64,000 nucleotides of DNA from Antedon mediterranea. Lineage: Eukaryota; Animalia; Echinodermata. The position numbers were made by a program, and so were the translations under genes. Of the stretch, positions 1-13,500 are shown one piece after another. The notes beneath the pieces were generated by a model that was not told the origin of the DNA, searched no databases, and saw only the letters and a list, made by a program, of their open reading frames with translations. The stretch's first letter is position 1. Each line of letters begins with the position of its first letter. The DNA lies in contig NC_092677.1 in assembly GCF_964355755.1 (NCBI RefSeq), positions 13,848,101 through 13,912,100 of the forward strand. The letters run 5' to 3'.

Positions 1-214
1 ACACACGACGTTTTGTATTTTTGTTTGCTGCCATTTTTGTCAAGTTATGGCTTAACAAACCCAACAACATAAAATTAGGCCCACTGGTCCTACTAAGGAG
101 TGCATTCGTGATAAAATAAATTTTATGTCACATGTTTGTTCACCATTGATTCAGGTTATAATACTTTTTTAACAACTGGTTTATTTTTCGTCATTTCATC
201 TAGCCTAGCTAGAA

Positions 215-606
215 AAACTCCACTCCCAAAGACTTTATAAGACTTAATAAGACTTTGTTTATGTAGAGCATTTTGTGTCTTTACTCCACTTTTTGAAATC
301 TCACCACTCGTTTGGAGATTGTGCTTTTTCTATTAATGCTCCGCGTCTGTGGAATGACATTCCTGAATGGATTTGGCATTGCCACACAATTAATTCTTTT
401 AAAAAATCATTAAAATCATACTTTTTTGCTGAGGCATATAGTATTAATGAAGCATAAACAAACAGTGTTGTGATTAGCGCCTTGAGCACTTTTAGTGGAT
501 ATATGTGCGCTATATAAATTGTTATATTATTATTATATATGTTTGTCTTGTGAACCTCTGAGGGTCCCTAATGATCAGCAATTGCTGGATGGATCACCCT
601 CATGGT
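215..606 (+). mobile_element. 3' part of a tRNA-derived SINE (same family as 13845-14056 and 61995-62168), split by an L2/CR1 LINE tail
   Basis: 215-278 (aactccactcccaaagact...ctttgtttatgtagagcat) and 536-606 (tatatgtttgtcttgtgaacctctgagggtccctaatgatcagcaattgc) match contiguous sequence in the other two copies. Confidence 0.75.
279..535 (+). mobile_element. 5'-truncated L2/CR1-clade LINE 3' end nested in the SINE
   Basis: Encodes FGDCAFSINAPRLWNDIP...NSFKKSLKSYFF, typical of the L2/CR1 ORF2 C-terminus. It is followed by an agcgccttgag...gcgctatataa tail and (TTA)n. Confidence 0.75.
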
Positions 607-968
607 TTAACAAAATATATAATTAATATACTGTGTAGGTTGTATATCATGCGTAGTATTAATTATGCTAATTATTCTGAAAACTCCCATATTAATGAAG
701 CGAATCATCCACCCACCACAAAACACACTTTCAGTTTTCATTGTAAAAAGAATAACATTTTCCGCGAACAGCATCGTAATCAATATACATTATAGCCTAC
801 TCTCCCACATGATTAACATTTGGATGTATTCGATTAAGATTTTGATTTTAGTAAAGAAAATTACTTCACAGAAGTTAGCCGATCCATAGAACTTAACAGT
901 GATGTGTATTCTGTGATAATATAATACGCAGTAATATTATGTCGTCATTGCTGCTTGTAACAAGAGTG

Positions 969-1443
969 TGACGTCATCAAGAACTGTGACGTTGTAGTCG
1001 TCACATGGTTTCCTTGAATCATCACGAATGCAAATACTACGCTTGAATGCACTCATAATAAATGGTCGAATCGAAAGATCTTACCGGATCGTTTCGTTTA
1101 GCTAAAAACAGACACTGTACATGTTAAAGCTTACAAGATACGTTGTGATTGAATTAAGTAAGTACTTTAAGTTTAGTCGTCGACAATAACAACCCACGAC
1201 GAACTCTGCCGATTGTTGCTCAGTGCTGTATTTACGTCGCTACAACTACAAATACAAGCGGTCATCGACCTCACTTCCTGATAAAAACGATTAGCCAATC
1301 AGATCTGTACAATGATACTAGTCAGTGGAATGATAATATAAACGCGTTATTTAACAACCAAACACAATCACTTAACCGCAACCGAGCAGGACCAACGATT
1401 ATTTTGTAGTAGGATACTAGCTGCTAGAAGAAGAATTACCACA
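969..1443 (+). promoter_or_regulatory. Putative CBFB proximal promoter/5'UTR
   Basis: CRE TGACGTCA 969-976; ETS CACTTCCTG 1272-1280; CCAAT (AGCCAATCAG) ~1293-1302; TATAAA 1337-1342; Runx-type AACCGCA 1374-1380 and ACCACA 1438-1443. All lie just upstream of ATG 1505. Confidence 0.5.
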
Positions 1444-1504
1444 AAAAGGAACGAAGCGTGCATACCTCGCTACTACACACTACTCCATGAATAGTATAGC
1501 TAAC

Positions 1505-4500
1505 ATGCCGAGAGTGGTTCCAGACCAGAGAGCGAAATTTGAAAATGATGAACTATTTCGAAAACTTTGTCGAGAGTCAGAGGTATACATTCAAGTATAT
1601 TGATTTTTATCATCGTATGGATACATATAAAGTCGATCTGCAGGCTTCTGCTCATGTTTTGTTGTGTATTTTCATCACGATTACGCAATTAAAAGAATTG
1701 TCAATATTTGTTTACGCAGAAGCTTTTACAGAGACCGACATACAATCAACGTTTATGGTTTTCACCGATCGGAAACAAATAGCCTACTTATGGATAATAT
1801 TATTATTTGCTATATTACTTAATTCTTATTTTGTTTTGGATTAGAAATCTACATGCGTATTTTTATTTGATTGTGAATATATACCTTTTCTAAAATATTT
1901 CGGGTTTTCCCCTTTTCAGATTAGGTATACTGGGTTTCGCGACCGATCCATAGAAGAAAGACAAGTAAGGTTTCAATCGGGTTGTAGAGAAGGTCATTCG
2001 GAATTTGTAAGTATCATTTTTATTTTTTAGTATTAAGCCTATAGTACTTTGGCCAGTAGGAAGCATATTATGTATAAGATAAGTGTGCAAAGTACAATAT
2101 CAGTCGAGAGCATAACATGTATATATATACATACCGTGCACTGATGGTACAGGTAAGTGGTTCCATAATAGTAGTGCACTGATGAAGGGCTAGTGTTGCC
2201 CGAAAGCTCTGCTAACTTTTCTGGCTGTTTTACTTCTCGTTTTGATTTAGCTTTTCGCTTTTATTTTGTATCTCCATTGAGATCCAGCCACTGATACCCA
2301 CAGCATTGTCACTTTTTCAGTAATTTGCCTTTGGATTTATATAGGCCTATATACAGTATATATTTTTTTCTGCAATGTTGACTATTATTAATTTGTGTTT
2401 TTGTCGAACTTGATGACTTATTTAAAAGCATATTTATAGATATATATGATAAACGACCTTAATTAAAATAATAAAAATTCCCACTTTAATTGGATCATAT
2501 TCAATTAATTTATTCAAATTAGTAAATTGAAAAAAACAATCAATTTTAATTGTATTCGGCTTAGGCCTATCTATAATCATATTTAAAAGTTGTTGATCGT
2601 AAAATGTGGCAAGAAAGTCGGAAATATAACCATAATAAAAAGCTATAGAACGTTAGGCCTCATGTATCATGAAAAATGTTTTTGGCCTAGGAGCTATTAT
2701 ACATTTCACCATAGGGTCAAGTACCGTCCTAGTTTTTAATATTGAACCACTTGCCGTCACTCATATTATATTTTGTTTATACCACCGACAGGCAATTATA
2801 TCCACTGGAACAAATCTTCACCTTCAATTCGTCCCAAATTCATGGGCAGATGATAAAATAGATAGACCTCCACCAAGGGAATATGTTGATTTTGAACGGG
2901 AACGAGGCAAGGTAAGTGTATACTGTTCAAGGAACAGAATAACATCACGATCAAATTGTTTTTGATGTAAGAAATGCTACTATTATTGTATGTAGCCTAT
3001 CATCGTAGGCCTACATATTATAGGCCTACTCTGTTTGTGTGTGTGTGTTAAATTTTAAAAAAGGTCGTAAAACGCGTATGATTTTCATTACACTGGAAGC
3101 TTCGGTCTTTTTAGACAGGCTTACATGTGTATCACGTACAAGTAGCAAGGCCAGAGAGGCTTGCCCTATTTTTTTCCTGTTCCGGTTCCTGAATTGGTGG
3201 TACATTTCGTCACCTTTATTCGTTTATTAGTATCAAATCGTCCTCTTTATGTGTAGGGTGTCCCTACACGCGCGGTTCCCACGTGTTGAATCATACACAC
3301 GTATCCCACGCAAAAACAACGCTACAGTGGAACCAGCTATTCAAAAAATTCATTCCGGATGTATACATGTTTATATAATTATTCTTGTTCACTTAAATCC
3401 TCAATGATAATACGCTTAATATAAATGATAATGGAGCAGTTAGTATCCAGTGTAGGCTTTTTATTATTCTCGTCCCACACAAGAGTTTTCCATTTTTGAA
3501 CCGAATAATAAGACAAAGCTTTAAATCCTGTAGCCGTGAACCTGTGGAATATAAAAGAAAATGGCGAGATTTCGTCGCTACGCACAGTACCAAACGTAGC
3601 CTTACATTATCTTGCTAGGCCTACAATATGTAACAGTTCTACATATTTATTACAGTTGAATATACATAATTTTTCGAGTAAAAAATGTGTACATAATTTA
3701 TTTTATATATTTTTGTAAGACTTTTACTCTTAATCGATTTATCAAATTATCTTTTGGTATTTTGTTATATAGGCCTACTGTACAATGTGGTTATTTCTCC
3801 ATGGTTTAACTAATATGTTATTGGGAGTACTAGTATATTAGTAGTAGGCCTACTGTACAGTGCCAGAGTGGCGTATACTGTGGCGTTGCGTTTATGGTTT
3901 TGTGGTTTCATTTGCCTTATTTGAGCTGTCGGATATACAATATGGCTTATTATGATTACCGGCTACTTCAAGTACCTACTTATGTATAATGAAAATGATG
4001 CTTTTAATTATCATTACTACACACCTAACGGAATACCGGTACGCATTAGAAATCCTTGCTATCGGATTAGACCAGCTGAGTTACGGAATACCGCATTCAA
4101 AATTACGGAATACCGATTGATAATATCGTATTATATCAGCCCGAGTTACGGAATACCAATACGCATCGGATATCGCGAAGTACCGTATTAGACCAGTCGA
4201 GACGGAACTTCGGTACGAAAGCCAGAATAGAAGAAAAACAGTTGATATCATTTTTATACCTTATCTTATACATGTAACTTGCTTTTATCTGATTATTTAA
4301 GATGTAGGACTACAACGATACTAAAATGATATTAAATTTAAGGTAGGCCTACTGCTCTACCAAATATCCTAATATTAATCTCCGCAGACACCTCTGTCAA
4401 TGAAATTAACATTAACGGAGACTACTAAACCTAGGTTAGTGGTCTACAATTAGAGTAGACAAAGACCCTGTGTAAAGCAGTGCCATTTTCCACACAAACG

Positions 4501-7500
4501 AAAACTTCTGTAATTAGCACGAAAGTCAATTTCTTGCCCCAGCATGATGTGAAATGGATTTCAGTTAACCCACAGTCGGCTATCGTATAGTGTTGAAACC
4601 CATGTATTGTGTCTTAAAATTCATAATGAATTAGGCTTACATATGGTGTTACAATACCAATGCACACTCATCCTCATGACACATATCTTCATTCATTTGT
4701 ATAATTAGTCACGGGTTATTACATGGAAACGAAACACCCTTTCTCCGTTGTTTCATGATAAGAGCATAAGATTCAATCTTTTTGTAATTACATTTTGATG
4801 TGTTATAAACAGTCGGGTTCTTTATAAATCGATGCCCTTTCCCTTTGAGTGAACTTAAAGTTAATGATACCGTATACCACATTCTGTACAGTACGTTACC
4901 AATTTTGTTGTTTCGGAAGCTTTCCCGACATCGAATTTCCGCCGAAGCAACTGCCGTCCCACACCCAAGTAAACGCCTCTTCTTAAGTCGTAACATAGCC
5001 TTGACTGACGGCTACCCTAGTCAGAATAAAAACGTTTACATTTTACAATTGAATCACTGTCCAGACAGAGATTCAATCACATTAAGCAAGCAAAGTTCAT
5101 TTGTTCAATTTGTTATCAATTATCAATCCACGCGTACAAAAGGTTTGTAGGCCTATATGTATATATTTAAATCGTTTAACTTTTGTATGGCTTTAGGTTT
5201 ATGCAATTATTCCGAATATAGCATTGTAAAATAAAGATTATATGACCAGGGACGATTTTTTGATTTAATATAACTCTTCCCTGATAAGACCTAGGAAATT
5301 ATAATTTAATGCAATATTGCGCAAATTTCATAAAATATAATATTTAAAATGACGTCACAAGATATTGAAAAAATACTGGGGTAATAATGCTTGTAAAGCG
5401 CCTTTGAGCATGATTACTCATGAAAAGGGCGCTATATAATGTGGTATTATTATTATTATTATTATTGAAATTTTTTATAAAAAGCAAGAAAAAAGGTTTT
5501 TAAAAGTGTTTTAAAACTGTCGAGGTTCTTTGTTTTCCCTGTGCAAACTGACGGCATGTTCATTTAGTGCAACTTTAATGTGACAGGCTAGATAACTCAA
5601 GATTGAACCGTTTATTTATAACTGCGAATAGCATTGGTTTCTTTAGTTACAACAGTTCACCATTATTTTAAATCAAGCATTAGACAACAAAGAAGTTAAC
5701 TTTATTTAAATAAAAGTACAGCGTAGACGCAATGTTTCAAGTACAATGAACCCAATGTTGCAGGCCTATCTAATGGATCGATATGTCTGAAATAAAGAAA
5801 GAATTAACGGATAGTAGGTTCATAACATTTTACAACTGATGCCTACCTTTAGGTCCAATATGAATTTCTACCAGATACCAATTAATGGTTGCGAAATAAC
5901 ATCTTCAAATTTAAGAAACGTTGCCAAAATTTAAATTTTACAACCAGTTTAATTTGGTGATACATCTTGCTCAACTCTGCTGCAGTGTTATAGGCCTACC
6001 TTTAGGTTTAATATGAATTTTTACCAGATAACAATTAATGGTTGCCAAATAACATCTTCAAATTTAAGAAACGTTGCCAAAATTTAAATTTTACAACCAG
6101 TTTAATTTGGTGATATATCGTGCTCAACTCTGCTTTAATGTTATAGGCCTACCTTTAGGTTTAATATGAATTTTTACCAGATAACAATTAATGGTTGCCA
6201 AATAACATCTTCAAATTTAAGAAACATTGCCAAAATTTAAATTTTACAATTTGTTTGATTTGATTTGATAATATATCTTGCTCACAACTCTGCTGCAATG
6301 TTAAGGCCTACCTTTAGGTCTAATACAAATTTCTACCAGATACCGATTAATGTTTGCCAAATAACATCTTAAAATTTAAAAAACGTTGCCAAGTGCTTAG
6401 AGTTGAATACGGACTTCTGTCTCTGTTTGAAAGTTGTCATTCCAACAAATTTGTATAAAACGGAAACCCGGGGTCCGATAGATAAATTATGGTAAAATTA
6501 TTAATTTGATAATCTAAGGTCGCGGTGGTAAATTCAAATATAAAAGATAATATAACAGATAGTTTTTTTCTATAGTTGATCGTCCTTGTGTATTGAACAT
6601 TGTTATACTTTTAATTGCACATGCCTTCATGTCATGTTGCCCATGTGAATAATTAAATGTCCGTGATATTCGGTTTAAACCACATTTTAGAAACACGTGT
6701 TTGAATAATCGCAGTAATGTAGCATTATTCACGTTTGAAATTAAAAATATATTCATGAATATAAAAATATATTAAAACGTAAATCCTTGAACTACTTTAG
6801 AATTAAATCTCGGAAGAAAATAAAGTACGTTTATATTGACATGAAATATTTTGGGTAGGGTTTTATTTCGAAGGAAATCGTGAATTTATATAGAGAAGTA
6901 TATACATTTCCTTATAGACACACCTCTTATTAGAACATTTAAAATACTATTATTAATATTATTATTATATTATTGTATTAACAAACAGAACAAATCAGTA
7001 TTGCGCTAATGTACAGTACTGTCCAAACTGTACGGACAACTAGATTAAGAAAAATAGAAAATACTTATTCTGTATCAAATAAAATAATACAACCAGCTTT
7101 AAAATTGTCGCTGATATAATAATAATAATAATAATAATAAACCAGTAGGAAGATATTAGTAATTTCACTGAATATACTACTGTATCTAAGTCAAAGTCGA
7201 AACTGCCCTGTTTAAAAAAAGTGCGGAAAACCTTGTTTCAACACCATGAACTAATTTAAGAAAAAAACAATCGGTCGAAACAAACTGAGATTATGGAGAT
7301 ATTGTTTGTTTACAAACTGAATGTTTATTTAATTTCATTAGTGAATTTTCTTAGCCTAATTAGTTTTTGTTTAAACAGCCTTTGTAATAAACTGTAAAAT
7401 AATTATTATGTGTCTGGATCATGTGAGATTCAATAAGGTTTTCTTGGAAACAGATCCTTGGCTGACTGACTGATTACTAACATACGGCACAAATCATTGC

Positions 7501-10500
7501 AAATCTTCTATTCGGCTTAAGCGTATACTTTACACTGATACAATTTTCACATGTTCAGCAACAAAGGGACTACTATGCATGTACTTTCGTTTGGTTTTGG
7601 CCCTCTTCCAATTTCATTCAGAATTAAGTTTCCAGTACATACCACTACACGTGTAGAAATATTTCCACATCCACTGTCCTCTGAGTGGAAATAGTTGAAT
7701 GTGATAAAAAAAAGTAGGCCTATCCAGTAGTAAATATAAGTAAATAGTAAAGTAGGTTTTTCCAGTACAACATTTTAAGTACAACTTGTTAATCACTTGA
7801 AATACAGATAATTTACTTTAATATCTTTAATGTATGCATATTGCCAAAAGAATTAAAGATTTAATATGTACATGTTACTGGACCAGACAAATCTTGACTC
7901 TTGAGTCTTCTGTATCGATTGATATAGACTAGAAGATGTTTTTTTTTAATCAAGTTATGTTCATAAATATATTTTTAATATGGTATGAGGTGCGCTTCCG
8001 TTTATCTGTTTCACCTATAAAAAATGTTCTGTACACTTTGTCAAATCATGTTTTATTTAATCCACGACAATGAACACGAAATTGGAACAAAATCATCGTA
8101 TATTTTCCCTTAATAGTAGGCCAACATAACAATTTTATGTGAGAAGATATCAAAGGGCACGCAGTGTTTTTCCTGTGAAAACAGTAACATTGGCACCACT
8201 TTCAGTATATCCTATTTCTTCAACTGAACAACTGTGTAGGCCCATATAAAAAAATACTTATGCCAAAAATTGGCGTATGCCAAGTAGGCTAGAGTTCCAA
8301 GATCTATTTTATCGTTTATTTACGAGGATATTATTATTTTGTATAACAGAACCCCTTCTTTGAGATATTCATAATAAGGAGAAACTTTCTTAAGAACAAT
8401 CGATGCTAGACATCGTCCCCATACTGTAGTATTTTACCCCGGCAAAAACCTATTAAAGTATTAAAGAAACACTTTCTGTGAGACGATTGATAATGTTTTA
8501 CCACAGTCTACCCGTTCGGCATCGTCGAGTGGATAGTTGGTTTGGTCCGAAGTTGTATTTTCATCTCGAAACCGTATAAAAGTATAGTCGGTGTCGTTTG
8601 TAGCTTCGATAGAAACCTACACTATTTAATCCGATGTTTTGGATCGCCGAGTGACGTCACGATAATTATTCAAATTCGGTTCTATGATTCATCACTCATC
8701 TATTGTTGATGCATTAAAATAGATTTGTTTGTCCCGATTGGTGAATAAGGATGAATATATTTTCAATGCGAACCTATAAAGGCAACCACGTAAATCGAAA
8801 GATAACGTTTAACAATGCATAGGGCCTAAACTTTTTGTCTGGTTTTGTGGTGAGAAATAACCCATGAAGAAATGCCTGTACTTATAACATGAGTAATAAA
8901 TACATAAGGATACGTCGGTTTAAAATCATTTACGAGTTTCTTTCATTGTTGTTTCATTCATAAGTTATTAATAAATTGAACTGTGTGTAAATTAAAAATT
9001 AAAAATATATAAGCCTAGCTACACATTTTAATTATACTTCAATATCGCCTACGTATGCCGTTGTGTGTAAACCCATGCCATGCTTCCTATCGATAATTGA
9101 CCAGGCTTAGATAAAATTGCTTTCATCGTTCAGAAAAAACAACGAATATGCCCTTATTATTTGTTTAAAGATATTATTCTATTTTTTTCAGGTACACTTA
9201 AAAGCACATTTTATATTAAATGGTGTTAGCGTATTATGGACTGGTTGGATAGATATGGTTCGATTAGATGGTTTAGGCTGTATTGAATTTGATCACGACA
9301 GAGCAGCGGTGAGTTGTATACTTTTAAAGTACATTTCGTCTGAACAATTATAGGCCTAAGCCTATAGGCCTATTTTTTCTGTACATGTCCAAATTATATT
9401 TATCTGTACATGTCCACATTTTATTTTTTAGTATTTTTTTTCTGTTGGGACTTTAAGCACAAGCTTTGCTTTTTTAAATCTGTACCTCCTTCATGTTTTA
9501 TATTGTTTAAGAAATTGTATTTTATGTTTGTTATGAATGAAGGAAATAAATGTTATTTTGATTGATTTTTGATTGAAATAACCAGTTATGTTACGGTTAA
9601 TAACATGAAATATCCAATTGATGATTACTGTTTGTTATTACCGTATACTTCAAACGCATTTAAAAACATTGGAGATTTGAATATTGATATATACTCAAAT
9701 TTTGTATTTGAAATGGTAGTCGGCGCATTAAAACGGCCGAGAAACCATGTAAAGCTTGTTTATTATGTGGATGTTTTCTCAATGGATACCAATACTATAT
9801 TAGAGTCAGCCATGCCTAACTTTGGCACACTTGTGTTAAAGTTCGTTATTGTATTCTTAATTTAATACGTGAATGTATGTTAACAATTTTATAGCCACGG
9901 CATCAAACAGATAGGCTCAATAGGCAAACAAAAGAACAATCCTGTACGGATACACTATAGACACGGTAACACAATACAGAATACCGATGTATTTAAATCC
10001 TTTTGAATAATTTCCGTTTGTTAATTATTAAGATTAACATCTTGGCTCATTAATAAAACTCATACACAATGCGATTCGAGTTTTAGACCAGACGCACATT
10101 ATTTTTCTGAACTTTTCACCAACGGATACAATTCAGGCCGTTACTAAACAAAATGGCCGATCACAAACAAACGTCTGGCCTAAAATGATGATACTATTCA
10201 TAATTGATATTTAATGGATTGACAATTCATCACAAAACATATTCCAATTTAAATAATTAATAGACGAAGGTTCGCAGTTGTTATTATGATTATTTAATTA
10301 CGACTATAAAAGATCACAAAATCTTTAAAATAAATGAATTGGATTAAATACAAATGTTTAAACTCGATATGTGAAATGTTCAATAGTTTGTTAATTGTTT
10401 CCTCTATTTCTTTCATCCACGAATGTAGGCTAGGCCCTTCTAAGCTAATTTATTTAAAGACAACATTTTGCGAAATCTTTCTGTATTATATAGACATTTA

Positions 10501-13500
10501 TTAATCAAAATGATCTTATCTAATAGGCCTACATTACCAGGAGGTTAAACAAATAGACTTCCCTTTTCGAATTTTTAACATTATTTAAATATATAAAACT
10601 AAATATAAACTTATTGTGGTTTTTATGCAAATATGTATTTCATAAGTAGAATCGATACCACAGACAGATAGGTTTGTTCAATGCCAGTAGGTCAATATAC
10701 ATATTTTAGACGTAGGTCTATAGGGCTATTCGGGGCTTTATGTTAAAGGGCAGAGATGCACATGGCCATTAGATACTTTATTACGGCTATTTTGGTTTAT
10801 AAAAAGGGCCTAGAGACTTCTCTAAACCGTATCGTAGCCTAGCCTACTGTACAACCCAAACGGTTTTAACGTAGGTAAATTTATAAGAACTTGAAGTAAG
10901 AATTAAGAGACCTTATTTATAAAACTGTCAATTTGGTTATAGAAGAAATACGTAAGTATTAATGTACCAAGATTCGGTGCTAAAGCAAAGGAAATTATGT
11001 ATTCCAAGAAACGATATTTTAATACCACTACATGACACGTCACCATTATAAAGATTTAATATTTCGAAATTAAATATATTATGATCAGAATCACATTATT
11101 CTTCAGGTAGTGGGCCGGCCCATTCTTTACAATTCAAAATGTATTTTTAATAATCAAAATGTTAAAATTTTTGTTTGTTAAATAAGTATGGATATTTAAC
11201 AATACTCAATATATAAGATCAACTCCCAGTCCAGTACGTAACTTAGGCCTACATTTATTGTTGTTATACGGTACATCTAATTAAATTAAAATCACATTAT
11301 GATTATATCGCATTATTACATTTATACAGTAAATTGTATGGTATTTATTTAATTAGATTTTAAATAAACGAATTTATTATTATTTTTTTATTGTAGACCG
11401 AAAATAAAATACTTTTAGATACAATTGAACAAAAGAATAGGCGACTTCGTGAATTTGAAGAACGACAACGACTATCTGGGTTGCATACGAGGCAAGAAAG
11501 ACGTGTAGAAAATGAGGCCCAGGTGAGAGTTCGATAGGTGTGTACAAAATCCTTTGTTTTTCATGTAAAATAAGTACCAATGTTATTGTAATGTTGCTAT
11601 TTTTCAGATTTAGATACTTTTTATTTTATGTTTGTGCTCAATCCGTAATAAAATCAACATTTGAATTGGTTTTTATAAAAGAAATCTATAGCCTTCCTAA
11701 GGGCCTACATTCATTTTTTGGACTTACTACCTACCACATTTGACCAGCCCGTGACGTAGACTTGTATCCCTGTGTTTATTGGAAAGTTTAGCTCGCCATG
11801 CCCAAATTAAGATCACCGGTTTGCTAGCCTCTAAAGGGTTTACATTGTGTAGGCTAGGCTCGCAAGCCGAATCATGATTTGGATAGACCACAACCAAAAA
11901 TATGTTTTCCCCGAAGTGAAGGTATTGTGTCACTATGCGATAAACTTAGCTAGTCAAGCCATGATACTTCTGTAGGCTTACATTTTAAATTTGAATAGAT
12001 TGCACCAAAACTCTTTTTCTTCGTTATTTCAAATTAAATTTATCACAAACAGAGCTCTTTTTTTTCAAACTGAAGATAAATGTACAGACTGTTAGCTGGT
12101 CAAGCCACGATATACTGTATAGGCCTAAAAGTAATATGGCCGAGCCCTTATTTTAAATTTAGATCCTCCCGCAACTAAGACGAATTTGTTTACCGTTGTA
12201 ACTTTTAATGATATAATTACTCAGCAATTTCAATTTGTATGTAAAACGACAGTGCATTTTAATATTATACACAAATAACATTAGATATATTCATTTAGTA
12301 TTTTTATAGATATTCTTGATTGAATAAAGATACCGAATAAGCCTATATAATATCATAGAAATATAAATTATTTTTAAAAACGTCCAAACCACACCTTTAT
12401 TCATTTGATATTGTAAATATTTCCTGTTACAACTTAAATGAGTTGAAAATATAAGAATGTCCATTCATTATGTATTTCGTGTTTCGTACTTAAATATGCA
12501 CTGTCATGGCGTAGTTATTAGGCCTACAAACAAATAAAATAAAATTTGACCGTAATATAGTCACTAACATTTAAAAAATGGACACAATCAGTAACAAAAC
12601 ATTTTAATAAATACTTTATATGATTGACAATAGGCCTATAATAAAAACATTTTATATAAAGAAGTCTATGAAACAAAAATAAATTGTTAGTTGTTGAGAT
12701 GTTACGTTATACACTGTATTATCACGATGTGTTCGATCCACCACAAGAAATAGATTTAAAATATGTTGTTCGAATTTCAAGAAAAACGGTGTTTAAACTA
12801 GAAATGCCAACCAATACTCTTTTATACTACCAAAAGGTGTAATGATCAGATCATATAAAATCGTTCTACTCGTCTTGTAGGTTTTCGTATTTTTTTGTAC
12901 GCGCGTATTGTGTTATAATACGGTCATTTTAGCGAAAAGAAAGAAAAGAAATAGGCCTAGGCCTATATCGCAAATAGCAAAAAAGAAATACAGGTAGTAT
13001 AGACCTTTTATGTGCAACGTTTGGGAATAATATTTGAAGGGGCTATTTAAATCGTACCGGTAATAAAGATTAGGGGGCGCCTGACACATTTTTGCAAATA
13101 GACATACTACCGTTTGTGTGGGAATCCACACAAAGCAAAACCACGAACAATTTCAGGAACCAAAGCGACAATAATATAAATACGATTCCCCTTAACAATG
13201 TCCCATAAGAAGAGGTTACTGCATTGTATAAATTTTAAAATTTCTTTAATCTCATGTATATTTTGTCTACTTTTATATCTCAATAAATTATCATAAATAC
13301 GCAGAAGAAAAAAAAATTGCGTTACGGTATCTGCCAATTTCTCATCACCATAACCATAGAGATATTCACTTTAATATCTCTATGCCATAACTAAATTTCC
13401 TAAAAGTATTTTACATAGGCCTACAGGTTAATTTTACAGAACAATAAATCGTAGCGAACCCGACATTGTACGAACTGGTAGGTCTTACAAACGTATTGCT

